A DNA stretch of 58,621 nt, counting the filler, from Sphacelaria rigidula (lineage: Eukaryota): the NCBI GenBank assembly GCA_964200075.2. It is 6 parts of 6 records of this genome, joined end to end, with 100 filler letters (N's around TTAATTAATTAA, not from the genome) between each part and the next. Parts side by side here need not be neighbours in the genome. Positions count along the whole stretch, not along the records: positions 9,789 to 19,476 come from CAXNAA020007962.1; positions 19,577 to 29,263 come from CAXNAA020007963.1; 4 more parts are not named here. One strand, 5' to 3'. Below, one piece after another: positions 13,026 to 26,180 of the stretch. The notes under the pieces were generated by a model that was not told where the DNA came from, searched no databases, and saw only the letters and a list, made by a program, of their open reading frames with translations. Position numbers and translations under genes: made by a program. Within the stretch, counting starts at the first letter, position 1; every line of letters starts with the position of its first letter.

Positions 13026-13895
13026 GCACTGACCATGCTGAGACTGAGGAAGATTGTCATAGCCAATCAGGCGAATAGTGTCTAATGACGAAGGTTATGC
13101 GAGTGCAATACATTTGCGGTACGGGCAACTGACTCGCCCTCCGTCGGTCAGTCTGGTTTGATGCCGCTGTCAATGTGCCTTGCTCTGGGGGTTTGCATGA
13201 GTGTGTGTGGTGAGTTTGAATGAGAGACATCGAGTGTGTGCTATTGTGTGAGAGAGTGAGATTGGCTGAGAGCCGCAGGGTTTGATCAGAGAAAATCGAA
13301 GCGTTATACAATACGGTTATCTGCGTTGACTGAACCAGGGTATTGATCATTGTTCACGATTACCTGAGTTGTGTGGACGAGTACCCCCGCATCAGTGCAG
13401 TTTCTCACCCTAGCGGAAGAGACTTGCCGCCTTAGGAGTTGTGTTTGAGATTGGAGAGAGTTTGAGCAAGAGAAGAGTTTGCGCCATAGAATTGTTGGGC
13501 GAGAGGTGTGAGAGAGTTCAGATTCGAGTAACAGGGTAGAGCAAGGCTGATAATTTGATTGAGCTGTACAGAAGGTAACAGAGAACATTTTTTCCGGAGC
13601 ACAGAAATCAGTGATCTAGTACAGAGTGAGCATAATATGGCATAGCACCAAGAGACTTCAATGAGTCCAGCAGGAGAGAACAAAAGGCCAACTAAGAAGA
13701 AGAGTAACTGAAGAGATGAAAAATATGAAGTAGGCTTTCAACAGCACACCAGTGATGCCTGCTACAACAACAGCGTCTCACTTATCCCCAGTATCCGACT
13801 TCCGGACTACTCCGTGCCATACTTCCCAATCCCACCGTTTTCGCAGCAGTAAAAGCATACCCCCTGAGGATGAAAAGGCTGCAACATCCACAAAT

Positions 13896-16020
13896 ATGAG
13901 GGACAGATTTGACCTGTTCTACGTCCAGATGTGTACGCACTTCAAAGACGAGGAGTGCTATGACGCGTTGGGAACCAACAATCCCATCAGAGTACACCGT
14001 GAAAACGGTGAAGACTTAAGAGCGCATTTCGGTGACGTAGCTGTCGATGAAGTAAAACGGGCCATAAAGATCATTCTTGATAAGATTACGCACACCCCAT
14101 TGGTTAGGCACATCGAAATGCTTGGGAGCCCCAGCCAAGCATGAGCTCATGTGGTGAAGTACCATCGCCCTCCACTAGCCACGGAAAAGGCCAGACTCGA
14201 ATATGAATGGCAGACGTTGCAGATGGCTGACGGAGAATTGCCGATAAATTTTCTCTCTAGGGGTGAATTCATTCGTGCGAAATGCGAAGAATTCCATGTT
14301 TTTCTCTCGGACTCGGAGGCGAACAGACATATTGTAAGGTGCGTTTCATCGGAGTATGGGCACGAGCGTAGGTCTTTGTTGGCGCACCGCAAAAGCAAGA
14401 CCGAGGAACTCAACCACCATCTAGAGACGGCTTACGCTGAGTTACAGTTGTCTAGGGAGAGAGACGAGAACACAGCAAACCAGGTCCTCTCTGTTACTCT
14501 TACCGGGGGTAGAGGGGGACATGGTTCACCAGGCAGACGGCACAACGGGACCCCACGATTCACAACAACAAAATTACCAACACAACCCATCCCAATTCCA
14601 CACCAATTCCCCACAGCAGTCCAAATAATTTCCATTCACACCAAGGATCACAGTATCACCACCAGGGTCGTGGTGGTCGAGGAGGGTGGTATTCCCCGAG
14701 ACAACAACAACAGTAGCGTCCTTACAGTCCTTGGAACCGGGCAGGACCGGGCCGTGGTAGGATGTACCAACCCAATCAACGAACATACCAGATTCGTTGC
14801 CCTTTCAACTGTCGTACTTGCCCTCTTCGCTGACAACCTATCCAACAACCTATCCATCAAACGAATTCACGCCCAGACAACCACCGCTTTTCAGGTAATC
14901 AGGGCTCCGTCCACACCCCACATTCATAACACCCCGTCCACAACCATCCACCTCATACCAATACCGTTCAGCACACCGATCCCGTCCAGCCGCATCGTGA
15001 CGCAAGCGTCGACAACTCTGTTTACGGAGACACGGCTTTCGACGCGGCCGGTCTTGCTCACACGATGCAGTATTGCACCCCTCAACACCAACTGCAGCCG
15101 CAGCCTACCCCCGACACCGAACATCTCCCCTGCTACACATCACCTCCATCATCTTATGATCACCCACCACCGAACCAAGCACCAGACTACTGCCTGTATC
15201 ATTCCTTAGCTCCACCACCACCATATCATCCATCACAGCCTCCACAACCCAGCCGATTCCAGCATCATTTCTCAGCTGCGCCACTATATCACCCTGTCGC
15301 TGCCTCCAACACCCAGCCAATCCCAGCATCATTCATCATCGACTGTACCACCGTCATATCACCCATCACCAACTCGACCGCCCGACCAGTTCCACCATGA
15401 TCCCTCCTCCGCTGCACAACCACCGCCATACTTTTCACCCCATCCCCACGGGTCATCTGATCCACCTTTCGATCCGGTGACCCCCCATCCTACGCCCACT
15501 GCTGAGCTGCTGCATGCTGATAACCCTGGTATTAACATGTATATGATGCTTTCTGCCTCCCTAGGAGAATCAGTTTTCTGGTTACGTGATTTCGATGTAA
15601 GGGATAGGATGTCGTATCAGACGAAATCTTTTCCTGTTTCTGATTCAGAACTATGGGTTGCAGACTCGGGTACACCACATCAAACCACAAGCAGCATGAC
15701 CGACGTTTTCGATACTCGTCCTCCCCCAGTGGGGAAAGAAAATGTTGTTTTAGGGAATGGTGAAGTGCTACCGGTCAGCACATTCGAGAGTCTCAAGTTG
15801 AGCTTCCCTCAATCATATGGCAACGACTCCCCAGATACTGCAGAGACTAGTGTACCGCTCACGGATGTGTATGTATTGGAAGGGATTCCGTTTAACCTGT
15901 TCTCTGTTCGCCGGGCGTAAAAGAGCGAACGAGTAACCTGCGATGAGAAAGGCTTACACGTGTTCGACGGCAAGCTACGTTTCGACTACAATGAGCGTTC
16001 CCCATCACAATTTGCCACAC
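13896..16020 (+). pseudogene. Degenerate Ty1/Copia gag-protease
   Basis: Gag-like SPSQA*..EKARLEYEWQTLQMADGE..FLSR, a Pro/His-rich linker, and protease WVADSGTPHQ..VVLGNGEVL..DVYVLEGIPFNLFSV; contains stops and frameshifts. Confidence 0.75.
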
Positions 16021-16074
16021 GCCTGCCATCGACCTACGGGCAGATTCCATTGGTCATTCCTGTTGTCACCACTA

Positions 16075-16860
16075 AGAGTGATCCTGATTCTGCATCCATC
16101 CCACAGCGAGCAATTGTCAGTAAGATTCCCCCAGACTCTGCTTCCATTCCACAGGGAGTGAGTGTCAGTGAGATTCCCCCAGATTCTGCTTCTGCTCCAC
16201 AGCGAGTGATTGTCAGTGAAGTTCCCCCGATTTCTGCTTCTGCTCCACAGCGAGTGAGTACCAGTGAGCAATGCTACGGTAGGGGTGCACTATTTTCGCG
16301 AAATTTTGTCTGGTTCAGGGGTTCCCAACGATTCTACATGCACAAGAATGTGGGTCAGGGCATCCCCGTTTGCAGATTCATTCGGGATATCCCCAGCACA
16401 TTGGAATAGTAATCCGGGCGTACTTTTGAATATTTTCATGACTCATGTTTTGGATTAAATAAAGGACTCCTAACAATTTTAACCTCAGGAAATATTTGTG
16501 TCCCCCTACCGTAGCATCACTCAGTAAGATTCCCCCGGATTTCGCGTCTGTTTTACAGCGAGTTAGTGTCAGTAAGATCCCCCCCAATTTTGCTTCTGCT
16601 CCACAGCGAGTTAATATCAGTGAGGTTCCCCGACTTCTGCTTCTGCTCCACAGCGAGTTGGTGCCCGTAAGGTTCCCCCGGATTTTGCCTCCGATCCACA
16701 GCGAGTAAGTGTAAGTAAAAGTGTTTCTGATCCTGCTTCCATTCCACAGCGAGAAAGTGTTGGTGAGTTTCCCCTGACTTCGGATTCCCTTCCACAGCAA
16801 ACGAGTGTCGGTAAGATCCCCCCGAATTCTGCCTCTACCCCACAGCCTGTGAGTGTCGAC
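16075..16860 (+). repeat. ~48-bp minisatellite (16-aa unit SxIPPDSASxPQRVxV), interrupted by a MITE
   Basis: Repeated gtcagt(a/g)agattcccccagattctgcttc..ccacagcgagt units on both sides of 16266-16522. Confidence 0.85.
16266..16522. mobile_element. Sola-like MITE inserted in the minisatellite
   Basis: TIRs GAGCAATGCTACGGTAGGGG / CCCCCTACCGTAGCATCACTC, similar to the 3935 MITE TIR; flanked by (c)AGT on both sides. Confidence 0.78.
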
Positions 16861-18135
16861 CATAACTTCCGCAAATATTCTTGTACTCGGTCTTCAAGTG
16901 CTGAGGATTTGAGTGAGGGGGGGAGAAGGAACGTGGCACTGGTATCCAACCGATGACTCTCCACGGGCGGGCAACCAGGACGTGAAATGGACATCACCAA
17001 CAGCGTCGCGTGGACTGTGCCTCGTCAGCCATTTCCCACGCCGGCGTCGCTCGACGGCCGGGTGCGGGGGGGAAGCAACAACACACACAACAACATGACG
17101 CCCGGGTGGGGGGGGGGGAGAAACGATCATCGCGCCACCAACGCCGCCGACACACCGACATTACCGTCACCTTTCTCCGTTGTCGCATCACCGTGGTTAC
17201 CACTTACTACCGCCACTACACTTTCCACTCCCGCTCCAGCAGTCTTGCGATCGCACCATCCGAGACAATCTTCTACATCCCCAGTCCCGCGGTTGCACCA
17301 CACGCGACAACCTTCTACCTTCCCAGTCCCTATATCATCGCCGACAACACTACCGTCGCCGCCACTACCACCAACTGTGTCGACAACATCGTCGCCGCCG
17401 TCGACACCGTCTTGAATACTACCTCTGGCGATTCTGTGACCAAGGCCATTGTTGCCGACTCTGCCAACAACACCGCCAACAGCATAACAGCAACCGCTGC
17501 CGTTGCCACCGAATCTATGGGCGAACATCTTTTCACGCATGGCGCGGTGCCGGTCAAATAGAGCAGGAGGGCGGGTAGGGATCCCCATGTAGTCGAGTAC
17601 GGACAGCCAAGGAAGCAGGGGGGGCACTAGAATGGCATGGAAATACGAAGAAACAAATTGATTGGAATGGAGAACGGAGATGGATTCGAGGGTCTCCACA
17701 AGAGGAGAAATGTAGAGTAGTCCACCTACAGTATCCATCATGTAGATATGCGGCGGATCCTGGATTGATTGTTTGGAGGATGACTATTGGATGCGTAACA
17801 TATCGTGTTCGTGAGGAAAGCTCGTGAAGCTTACTTCTGGTTAACGAAGACTGCCGTTTGTATAACTGCTTGAAGTCTTGAAGTCTCTGGAGCCCGTGAC
17901 TGGGAGGAAGCCTCTGGAGCAGCACTGTAACCTTGTCCTGATTGCAGGCAGGTTCACAATAAACGTTTATTCAGGAAACTTGTCGTTTCTGGATTGGGTT
18001 TTGGACGTCGCACCCGACTGTTTGTGAAAAGTGAGGACGCTCACGTTGGATAGCAGGGGGGGGAGGAGCGGCGTAGAGAGAGGCGCAGGCCACACGAATC
18101 CAAGGCGACTGCGGTGACAGGAGGCTGTTGGAAGG

Positions 18136-19400
18136 ATGGCAGCGCGAAGGAAAGGGGGAACCAGCGAGACGGTTGATGAGGTGAAGTTTGCAGTAACCGA
18201 ATTGACCTTGGGTGGATCCTTGAAATTGCCCGAATATGGGCGCGTATTCAGTGAGCAAGCTTCCAGACGCTTTTACCAAAAGTATCGCGACTATGAGCAG
18301 GCAGTGGGAAAAGTAACCAAGGCCGGTCGGTCAAGTGCGCACTCCTGACCATGCAAGAGTTGGTGCCAAAGCACATCCAGAACTGCGTGTCTGACACCAT
18401 CTTTGACGGGTCACCACTCGACGAAGACGAATTGCAGCAAGGGATTGCACGCCATGCCAAATGCTGGATCGATATGGAACTTGATCCTTCCGAAGCTGCA
18501 GCAGGCGTGAAAAAGGCCCTTGCCGCACGGTCTGAACCGATTGCAATGGGTCGACTTGAAGGGCAATGGAGTTCATTACAGGACTACTTTGCGGAAAACG
18601 CAGGTGCCGAGTGCGTTTTCCTTGAATCTGGCCGTACGTTCAAGGCTGGTCCAGCACACATTATTACCAGAGCCTTGGTCGCCGGCCTGACCCCACCTGA
18701 GTTCAAGAATAAAGTTCAAAATATACTTTACATGAAAAAAGACTGGAAAGAGAGCCCGAAAATGGTTTATGAGGCAGCTCATGACTTGGCGGGAAAATGG
18801 AAAACGGTTGAGGAGGTTGACAAACATCGCCGACAGCAACCGCAACTTAGGCAAAAAAGGGGCTTACAAGGCTCCAAAAACTTGACATCGCGTGCCGGCG
18901 CCACGGCTGCGGCCGGGGCAGCCGGTGCTGGCAGCGCAGGTAGTGGCGGTAAGAGCTTAAAAAAGCCCCACAAACCTGGTCCGAGCTATGCAGGTTGTTT
19001 TGAGTGTGGCGATAAGGGCCACTACAAGAAGGACTGTCCCAAACAGAGCACACCCGTGGCCGCGGTGAGTGCGTCCGGTGGGCAAGCGGGGGGCGGTAAA
19101 GGTCCTGCTCCCACACGGGCTGTTTTCCCGGGGGATGGAACACAAGGGGGCGCGAGTAGTGCGGATAGCATGGTGCCGCCCCAGCCTTCCGCTCCAGCTC
19201 CTGCAGCTCCAACCCAAACGGCGGCGGGACCGGCTCAGGCGTGGACGTCTCAGACAATGCCGGTATGGCGGGGTCTGCACACCGCTGAGGTTGCAGATTT
19301 ACAGGCTGAGGGTGTAATAGTTGACCGCAAACAGCGATGCTGCAGGGCCGACTTGTCCGTTCCAGGTTCCGCAGTCAAGAGCGTCTGCCCTGTTACTGCA
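18136..19400 (+). pseudogene. Ty3/Gypsy-lineage gag (frameshift at ~18340) with CCHC knuckle
   Basis: PEYGRVFSEQASRRFY..FKAGPAHIITRALVAGLTPPEFK..CFECGDKGHYKKDC; homologous to the gags at 32084-33221 and 57135-57902. Confidence 0.85.
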
Positions 19401-19476
19401 GTTAACAACAAATTGTGAGAATTGAGGTTTAACTTCGAGATGAGGCTCAAGCCTAAAACAGTGCCTTCCCCACACT

Positions 19477-19576
19477 NNNNNNNNNNNNNNNNNNNNNNNN
19501 NNNNNNNNNNNNNNNNNNNNTTAATTAATTAANNNNNNNNNNNNNNNNNNNNNNNNNNNNNNNNNNNNNNNNNNNN
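19477..19576. other. Assembly spacer
   Basis: N44-TTAATTAATTAA-N44. Confidence 0.97.
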
Positions 19577-20651
19577 ATCACCGCATGCCGCCGCTGCTAT
19601 GATGTCAATTTGCACACTACCCGCTGCTGTACATCATGTGTCCACTGCTGTTCACTGGAAGCTATACCGTAAGTTCCTTGAGATACCACACCCTTCAGAG
19701 CGAATTTCAAAGCTCGATCACTTTCTCTCGACGACATGGTTGCAACGCCGCCCAACTCAGCCCTGGCATCGCTTCTTGTGAGGAGTAAGTGAGCTTAGAA
19801 AACCTGTCTAGGGGATGTGGTATCTTGAGCGACCTACAATAGTGAGTGAGGGTGTCAGTGCCAGTGTACTACTCGGTCTTGTGCACTGCGGCCATACCAA
19901 AACAGTCATATCGTATCGAATATCGATATTCGATACGTATCGTGTCATTTTGAGAATATTGACAAAAATATTGATATCGGCGGTTGTGGTTCGATATTCT
20001 AAAATATCCAACGAACTTCATTCTCGGTCCGATATGCAACACTGGGTACAATATTGCTGTATCTACCCGATTGTGTTGGCCCGGGTTAATAACCCTTCGA
20101 CCACCGTGGAGGGGAGTATCCATCCGTTGAATCGGCATCATTTTGGCATGGAATCATCATCATGGGCGTCACGAATTAGTCTGGTGCGCAAAGAGGAGAC
20201 TGAGTGAGGCTGTGTCTTATCAAATTATTTTCGTATCGAAAACGTGCGGTCGAATCGAATTCGCTCGTTTCTGATTCGTCCACGCTGCTAGTTTTCTCAC
20301 ATGATTGAGAACATGAAGCCGTGGACGTATCAGGTAAGAGCAAATTCGATTCCACTGTACGTTTTCGAGTCGAAAACAGTTTGACAAGACACGGCATGAA
20401 CCCAAGTGTGCATACCGCAACCGAAAGTAGGAGGGGTACGTGTAGTGTTTTTTTGCCGATTTCACTTGAATTAAAAACACTCCGGAAATTCAGCGAGTGG
20501 AGTATCATCCAAGTGTCACCTGACACATTTTGACCCACGAACGAACGTGTCTATGCTTATGACATAATAAAAGTATCTCCAGCTCGAGGTTCCCGATAAA
20601 GTTATCTGTAAATTTCTGTGAACTATATACCGAGAATCAACGACGTCGCAT

Positions 20652-21890
20652 CACCCGCGGTATAGCGGCATCCTGGATAGCGAAACGCCCGATATAGCGG
20701 AATGAAGGTCTCTTGGCCCAATCTTGACCCTGAATAGCGGCATTTTGGGGTGGTTTGCCCCTCCAGTAGCGGCAATCTGCCGTTAAAAGAATCCCTTTGT
20801 CACCCTGCTGGGGGGTCGGAAAAGTGTGGCGCCGCCGTCGTACGCGAAGCTGTCTTTGCATTTTGGTCCTCCCCATAGAGTAAAAGTACGCAGAGTCGTG
20901 TGGCATGGAGGAGGTCGGCCTTTTTTTCCGCAAGGCAAAGCTGGGTTTCCTTGCAGTGGAGGCCGCTACACCGGGACATCAGAGCGTTCATTAAATCATA
21001 GCGGAATTCATTTGCTAGACGCGTGCGGCGAAACGTCGCAACGGCAGGCAAGCGTTGATGTACTAGGTGGGGGAATATGTTTGATGTCCACATGCGTTGG
21101 TGCTTCTGGTTTAGCGCTATCGGCACCTTGTTTTTGTCGATATGTCGAGACCCTTCCTACATGGTGCGCCAAATATATCACCGCTGCGCGTTACTGTCCC
21201 GACACTAGTGGTGGACAGAAGTCGGAGCGCTTCCACGCGAATGCAGAACACAACAACTAAATAATTGCTGCAAAGTGATCATTTTCAGTTGAATGACAAC
21301 GCAGTGGCAATTACACGATCATACATCTCAGCAGAACACACACCACCAGTTATTGTAGCGCCCAGGGGAAGAGATTCAGTGAAAATGTGTTGTTTTCTAT
21401 ACGAGGAAGAAGCGTTTCCCTCGATAACGGCCTAAATGCCGCTATTAGGGCCCTAATAGCGGCACTTTTGCCGTTATTCGGGAATAGCGGTACTGCCCTG
21501 CACGCATAGCGGCAGTTTCTTTGCGTGACACTATATGCCGCTATATCGGGGTCGCTACACGGGTGGCCACTGGGGTGCCTACATCCTCAAATTTGGACGT
21601 TACAGACCTTGTAATGCGTGAGAGGACCGGGTGCTTAGAGGACCACATCGGAATTTGAACATCCCTATGATTAGGGTTAGGATTAGGCTTAGTGTTGGGG
21701 TTGTGGTCAGTGGTGTGGTACCTGCAGGGACTGATCCGATTGCTATTGAAAAACGTCCATCCTGAGGTGTTTTGAACTACGGCGCGGTCCTCTGAGCACG
21801 CGGTCCTCTCACGCATTACAGACCTTGTGCAAGGTCTGTAACGTCCAAATTTGAGGTTGCAGGCACCCCAGTGGCCACCCGTGTACTGTA
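20652..21890. mobile_element. Tc1/pogo-like non-autonomous element with ATAGCGGC sub-repeats
   Basis: The right TIR ccgctatatcggggtcgc[TA]ctgta is restored when the inner MITE is removed; atagcgg clusters occur at both ends; the left end is degenerate. Confidence 0.55.
21558..21883. mobile_element. TA-flanked MITE with ~80-bp TIRs and internal telomere-like motifs
   Basis: TA|CACGGGTGGCCACTGGGGTGCCT...AGGCACCCCAGTGGCCACCCGTG|TA; TTAGGGTTAGGATTAGGCTTAG at 21671-21692. Confidence 0.88.
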
Positions 21891-22180
21891 CCTCTGATAA
21901 TACTGTCAAACGAAAGTCACTCGATACTCATAAGAACAGGTTGTGGGCCGGTGATCGAACATGAAGGAGATTCAAGGACGTCGCATCACCCGCGACGGCG
22001 CCATGCCTACCAAGTATCCCGACGAGGCGTTGTAACTCTATCCTCGTCTGTCCATTGTTGGCGAGGTGCCAAATGGTCCCTGAGTCCCTGAGGAGAGAAA
22101 TAGTATAGCGGCACGCCGTTTTCTCATTGGCCAAGAAACTACGTCCTCTCTAGTCGTGGACTTGGACATATACTGTACTG

Positions 22181-22430
22181 CAGTATAGAGGTATCTCAAA
22201 CTCGAGGTTCAGGATACATTGAACTGTTGTGAATCATTGTGAATTGTATCGAGATTCCCAAAGTTTGAGAACCCTCTTCTAGCAATTAGTCTTCCCATCA
22301 AAAACTGCAAGTCTTCTTTACAATAGAGGTAGTAGGTATCTCGAACTCGAGGTTCCCCCAATATACCTGACTGTAGATTACTGTGGAATATACCAGGAAC
22401 CTCGAGTTTGAGATGTACCTCTATTATATT
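22181..22430. mobile_element. Small MITE-like inverted repeat
   Basis: tagaggtatctcaaactcgaggttc ... gaacctcgagtttgagatgtacctcta; a related motif occurs at ~20570. Confidence 0.6.
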
Positions 22431-22561
22431 GAACATGGAAATATTTTTGGAAAATGATGCAAATGCACTCTCCGACCGTGAATAGAGTCTCGGAAAATGT
22501 TTTTTTTGTCATGTCAGAGGGCAAATATCTCAGGATCAGAGTACAGAATAATAAAAACACC

Positions 22562-23605
22562 TACCGTGGGGGTCCCGATATAGTGCGGGTTATATAGTGC
22601 GCGTGCTCGATATAACGCGGGGGTTAAATCGTTTGGCACAACTTGGACCCCTTTATAGTGCGCGTGCCGCACTATTGGGGGCACCCATATATAGTGCGGG
22701 TTTGGTCCACCCCGCGACCCTATATAGTGCGGGTATGACGTCACCCCCGCGGTATATGCGGTCAAACCAACACGCACACACGCACAAATCATACACAGCC
22801 GCGTGAAGTACAGAGTACAGGTAGAGTATTTTGACGCGTAGAGCGATTTGCGTTTTGCCGCACGCACAGAAGTTACTGCTGTAATTTTTATTTGCCGGGT
22901 CTAGCGGGTGCCTGACTTCCGCGTGTGGTAAATGAGTCGATTAGTTGAGAGTTGGCGCATTTTTCTTCGTGCATTCAGGCCGACCTCAATGACGTTTTCT
23001 TGGAGCAACAGAGGTAGAGTGTGCGGGAAGTAGGGACTTCCGGGATAGATCCTTCTTGCTTGCCGGGTTTTTTCCCCCGAAGGTGTCTGGGTCGTGTTGA
23101 AGACGGCGTTCCGTTGCGCAGGTGCAGGTTTCGTGTGTAGCTTGAACTATATGATGAATCCCCGTGACTATTTTCGTAGTCAACAAGTGGATGCGAAAGC
23201 AGACTGAAACAACCATGGGACTTTGCACACGTAGCCAGTTGGTACGCCCAGCGTGCGAACATGTCATGAACGAAGTACTGTGCAGTACTCAACTACTCGT
23301 ATAACTTTACTCACGTTCAGGATGCGGATTCGCCGTTGCGATATGCTGTCCTCTTTTTACTATGAAGAGACGCAGGATTCAACACCTTGCTTGCGTACAT
23401 ACACCTTGCTATTGGTTGTTTCCTATGCTTGCAACAAGTGATGTCGTCAAGAGTGCGCCTTCCCGTACTATTGGGGGTTCTGAGAAACTCGAATAGTGCG
23501 GGAAAGCGCACTATTCAGGCGCAATTATATATAGTGCGCGTGCCCGCTATAGTTCGGGTTTTACCTCGTGGCACATACCCGCACTATATCGGACCGCCCA
23601 CTGTA
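22562..23605. mobile_element. pogo/Tc1-like MITE with TATAGTGCG sub-repeats
   Basis: TACCGTGGGGGTCCCGATATAGTGCGG ... CCGCACTATATCGGACCGCCCACTGTA; TA ends. Confidence 0.78.
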
Positions 23606-23772
23606 ATCGAAAAAGAGGTAAGGGGATGTCATATTCCGCTGAGGGGAGAATGATTTTTCTCTACACTCTTATCCTGAGACATGTTTTGCACTCTTGAATG
23701 ACATGAAAGCGTTTTCCGAAACTCTCCAATGTGTTGCCTCGTTCATCCTTGAAACAGTCCATCCGCGTAATT

Positions 23773-24204
23773 CAACAGCCGATCATCGAAATTGCTGAGA
23801 CTTTTCATTGAGGATGACAACCCGGAGGATTAAACTTCGTATCCACGACATATGTTTCCGTTCCTTCACCTACTGGTAGCTATTGACAACTGCTACACGC
23901 CCAACAAATTTCGATTTCGATAACCGAAATGCTGGGGTCCTAGATGAACAACCAATTTCGGGGAATCTAGGTGATCCGATCGGATCGCCGGAATTCTCCG
24001 AAATTAGTTGTTCACCTAGGACTCCAACATTTCGGTTATAATAATCACATTTTGTACGACGTGTAGTACTTGTCAGAAGCTACCAGTAGGTCACGGAATG
24101 GAACCATGTTTCTAAGATTCGTTGTGGATACGACGAATATTTTACTCCTCCATGTTCTCCTCCTCAATGAAAAGCTCCATCCTTAATTTCGATTGTCGGC
24201 TGTT
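23773..24204. repeat. ~430-bp spacer-less imperfect palindrome
   Basis: Centre GATCCGATCGGATC at 23973-23986; arms pair, e.g. cacctactggtagct/agctaccagtaggt and aacagccga/tcggctgtt. Confidence 0.85.
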
Positions 24205-24754
24205 ATTTGTAAAACCCCGGGTTTATACCGAACAATCTCAACCTCCGCTCATTCTCGAACAAAAACTGCTCTTATTCATCAGAATCCTCTGTACTAAACA
24301 TGGAATTCTCAAGTTGCGGGTGGATTCGTTTCGAGGATTAGCGAAGCCACACACATCACGGTCGGAGAGTGCGATTTGATTTTTGCTTCGACCCAACGAA
24401 ATGTTGTGGCGCCGCTAGTGTTGTGTGATGTTCCGTCTTTTTCTTCATTTGTTGAAATCAAGAGGCATTGTATTGGATATCTTTATCTCAATGTTCACCA
24501 CTTCTCTTGTTTTTGGGCCTGCCACCAGCTGTGTTTGAGAACTGCCGTGCTTGACACATATGTATTATACGCACCGCGGCGTACCACTACTGCACGCCAC
24601 TATACACCGTCTAAAGGTACTCCCACAAGGCCGTACAGGCCTGCTGGTGATAGATTTGTGTGTGTATATACAAGCGGAGAGGGGCGGGGGTCCTATACTA
24701 AGTTGATTTCTGGTGTTGCTTTGTTTTGGCGCACGCCGAATCGTATGTAGCCAG

Positions 24755-26180
24755 CCCGTTTGATGTCTTCATGGCTTACCTGCCGGCCGGGATTGACATC
24801 CGTTTCTTCTCGGCAGCGGTTTGTTGCACTTTCAAAAGATGGGCCTCTTGTTTCTCACTGTTTTCTCGATGGCGGACTACTGCTGCATGTGTTCACAGGT
24901 GGAGAACGGTCCAGGTGCATGGCACGATGATGATTTCCCTGCTGACTTTGTTATCTTCACCGTCGCCTTCATAACACACTTGCGATTTCCAGGACAAGAG
25001 CCCGTAGACTCAAGGAATCAACACATCCCCTCTCCCCGGTACCGGCCTTACTCTTTGTTGTCAATCATCGTAGGAGCACCGCACAAGCCCGTCAACCTGT
25101 GCGGAATTGTGTTCAGTTCACCAACTCTCATTCTAACCTGCCGAGACGACAGAAACCATATGGGAAAGTATCTACTTCGGTTCGTTCCCACGTAATCTCG
25201 CCGAGCTAGTGTTAATGTACTGCACCCCGTAGACCACTCATAATAGGGCACAGCGGTAAAAATGTACCATGTAAGTGTGGATATGTGAAACGCCACAAGC
25301 GTCTGCCGAGGCCTCGATAATTTCTTGACACGTACCTCGTCCCAAGGGTAGGTTTTCCCACGGCCATGAGATGCACACAAGATATCGTGTAGCTTGAGAG
25401 CCTCTCATTCCCCCTTCTTTTGTCCGAGGTGTCGATCACTTGGTACTACGCCTTTGGGGTGTGGTTCAAGCCGTGACTGTGGGGTTTGGTGTACACTCAC
25501 ATCGGAATACATTCCGCAGCTCCGCACATTGTAGGGCGGTAGTTTCCGTACTACTGTTGCATATACCCGATAAGAGCTTCGGGCCGAAGACGCTTCACGC
25601 ATGTGTTCCGAGGATGGTGCGGGCTGGCTCCCATCACTATGTTTGGCTTGTGCGCAAAACAGACTGCCGAACACGAACCGTCATCCTGTGCCATGCGTCG
25701 TTCACCATATTTGACGAGCAACCCAATAGTTTCAGAGCACCAACAGTTGTTTGGATATCACCCGTACGAAGGTAGCGCCAAGATGCATGACGGGTGTTTC
25801 AACTACTGTATTAATCTGCATGTACCGTGTTGATGTTTTGCGCCTTTCGTGCGTTGCTCTCTCTACCCCAGTTTCCCAACAACCTGGAACGGCAACGGAA
25901 CGAGCTCTTTGGGTATGCTGCAGCTCTGCTGTCCAGGGCTGGAACGAGCTTGCCTCGTCACGCCGAAGCGATTATCAAGTTGTTCCGTGAGTCGGCGATA
26001 GCTGTCAACTCTTGGGCTGTACTCAAGACCGTCCGCGATGGTTCGCTTCCCACGCTCGAGCCCAGGGCCGCCCTGCTGAGCTCCGGTGGTGGCGTGGCTA
26101 CCCGCCCTGCTGACCCCTCGAGAAGCATGGGCGCTGAATCCAGTAGCGTAACGCCTAGCACCGAAGCGACGGCGAAAGAG
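24755..26180 (+). CDS. Spliced exons encoding a putative 2OG-Fe(II) dioxygenase (TET/JBP-like) domain
   Basis: Exons ~24755-24818, 24899-25167, ~25575-25616 and 25872-26180 join to FFSAA|VENGPGAWHDDD..FVIFTV..LCGIVFSSPTL..FGPKTLHACVPRM|FPNNLERQRNELFGY, giving HxD...H...RxxLxxY. Two internal junctions are ambiguous. Confidence 0.5.

Noticed and set aside
14540-15450. Long Thr/Pro/His-rich ORFs as host genes
   Set aside because: Low-complexity, frameshifted linker inside a Copia gag-protease.
16075-16860. Possible CRISPR-like array
   Set aside because: The units are contiguous degenerate tandem repeats without unique spacers; the context is eukaryotic and no cas genes are present.
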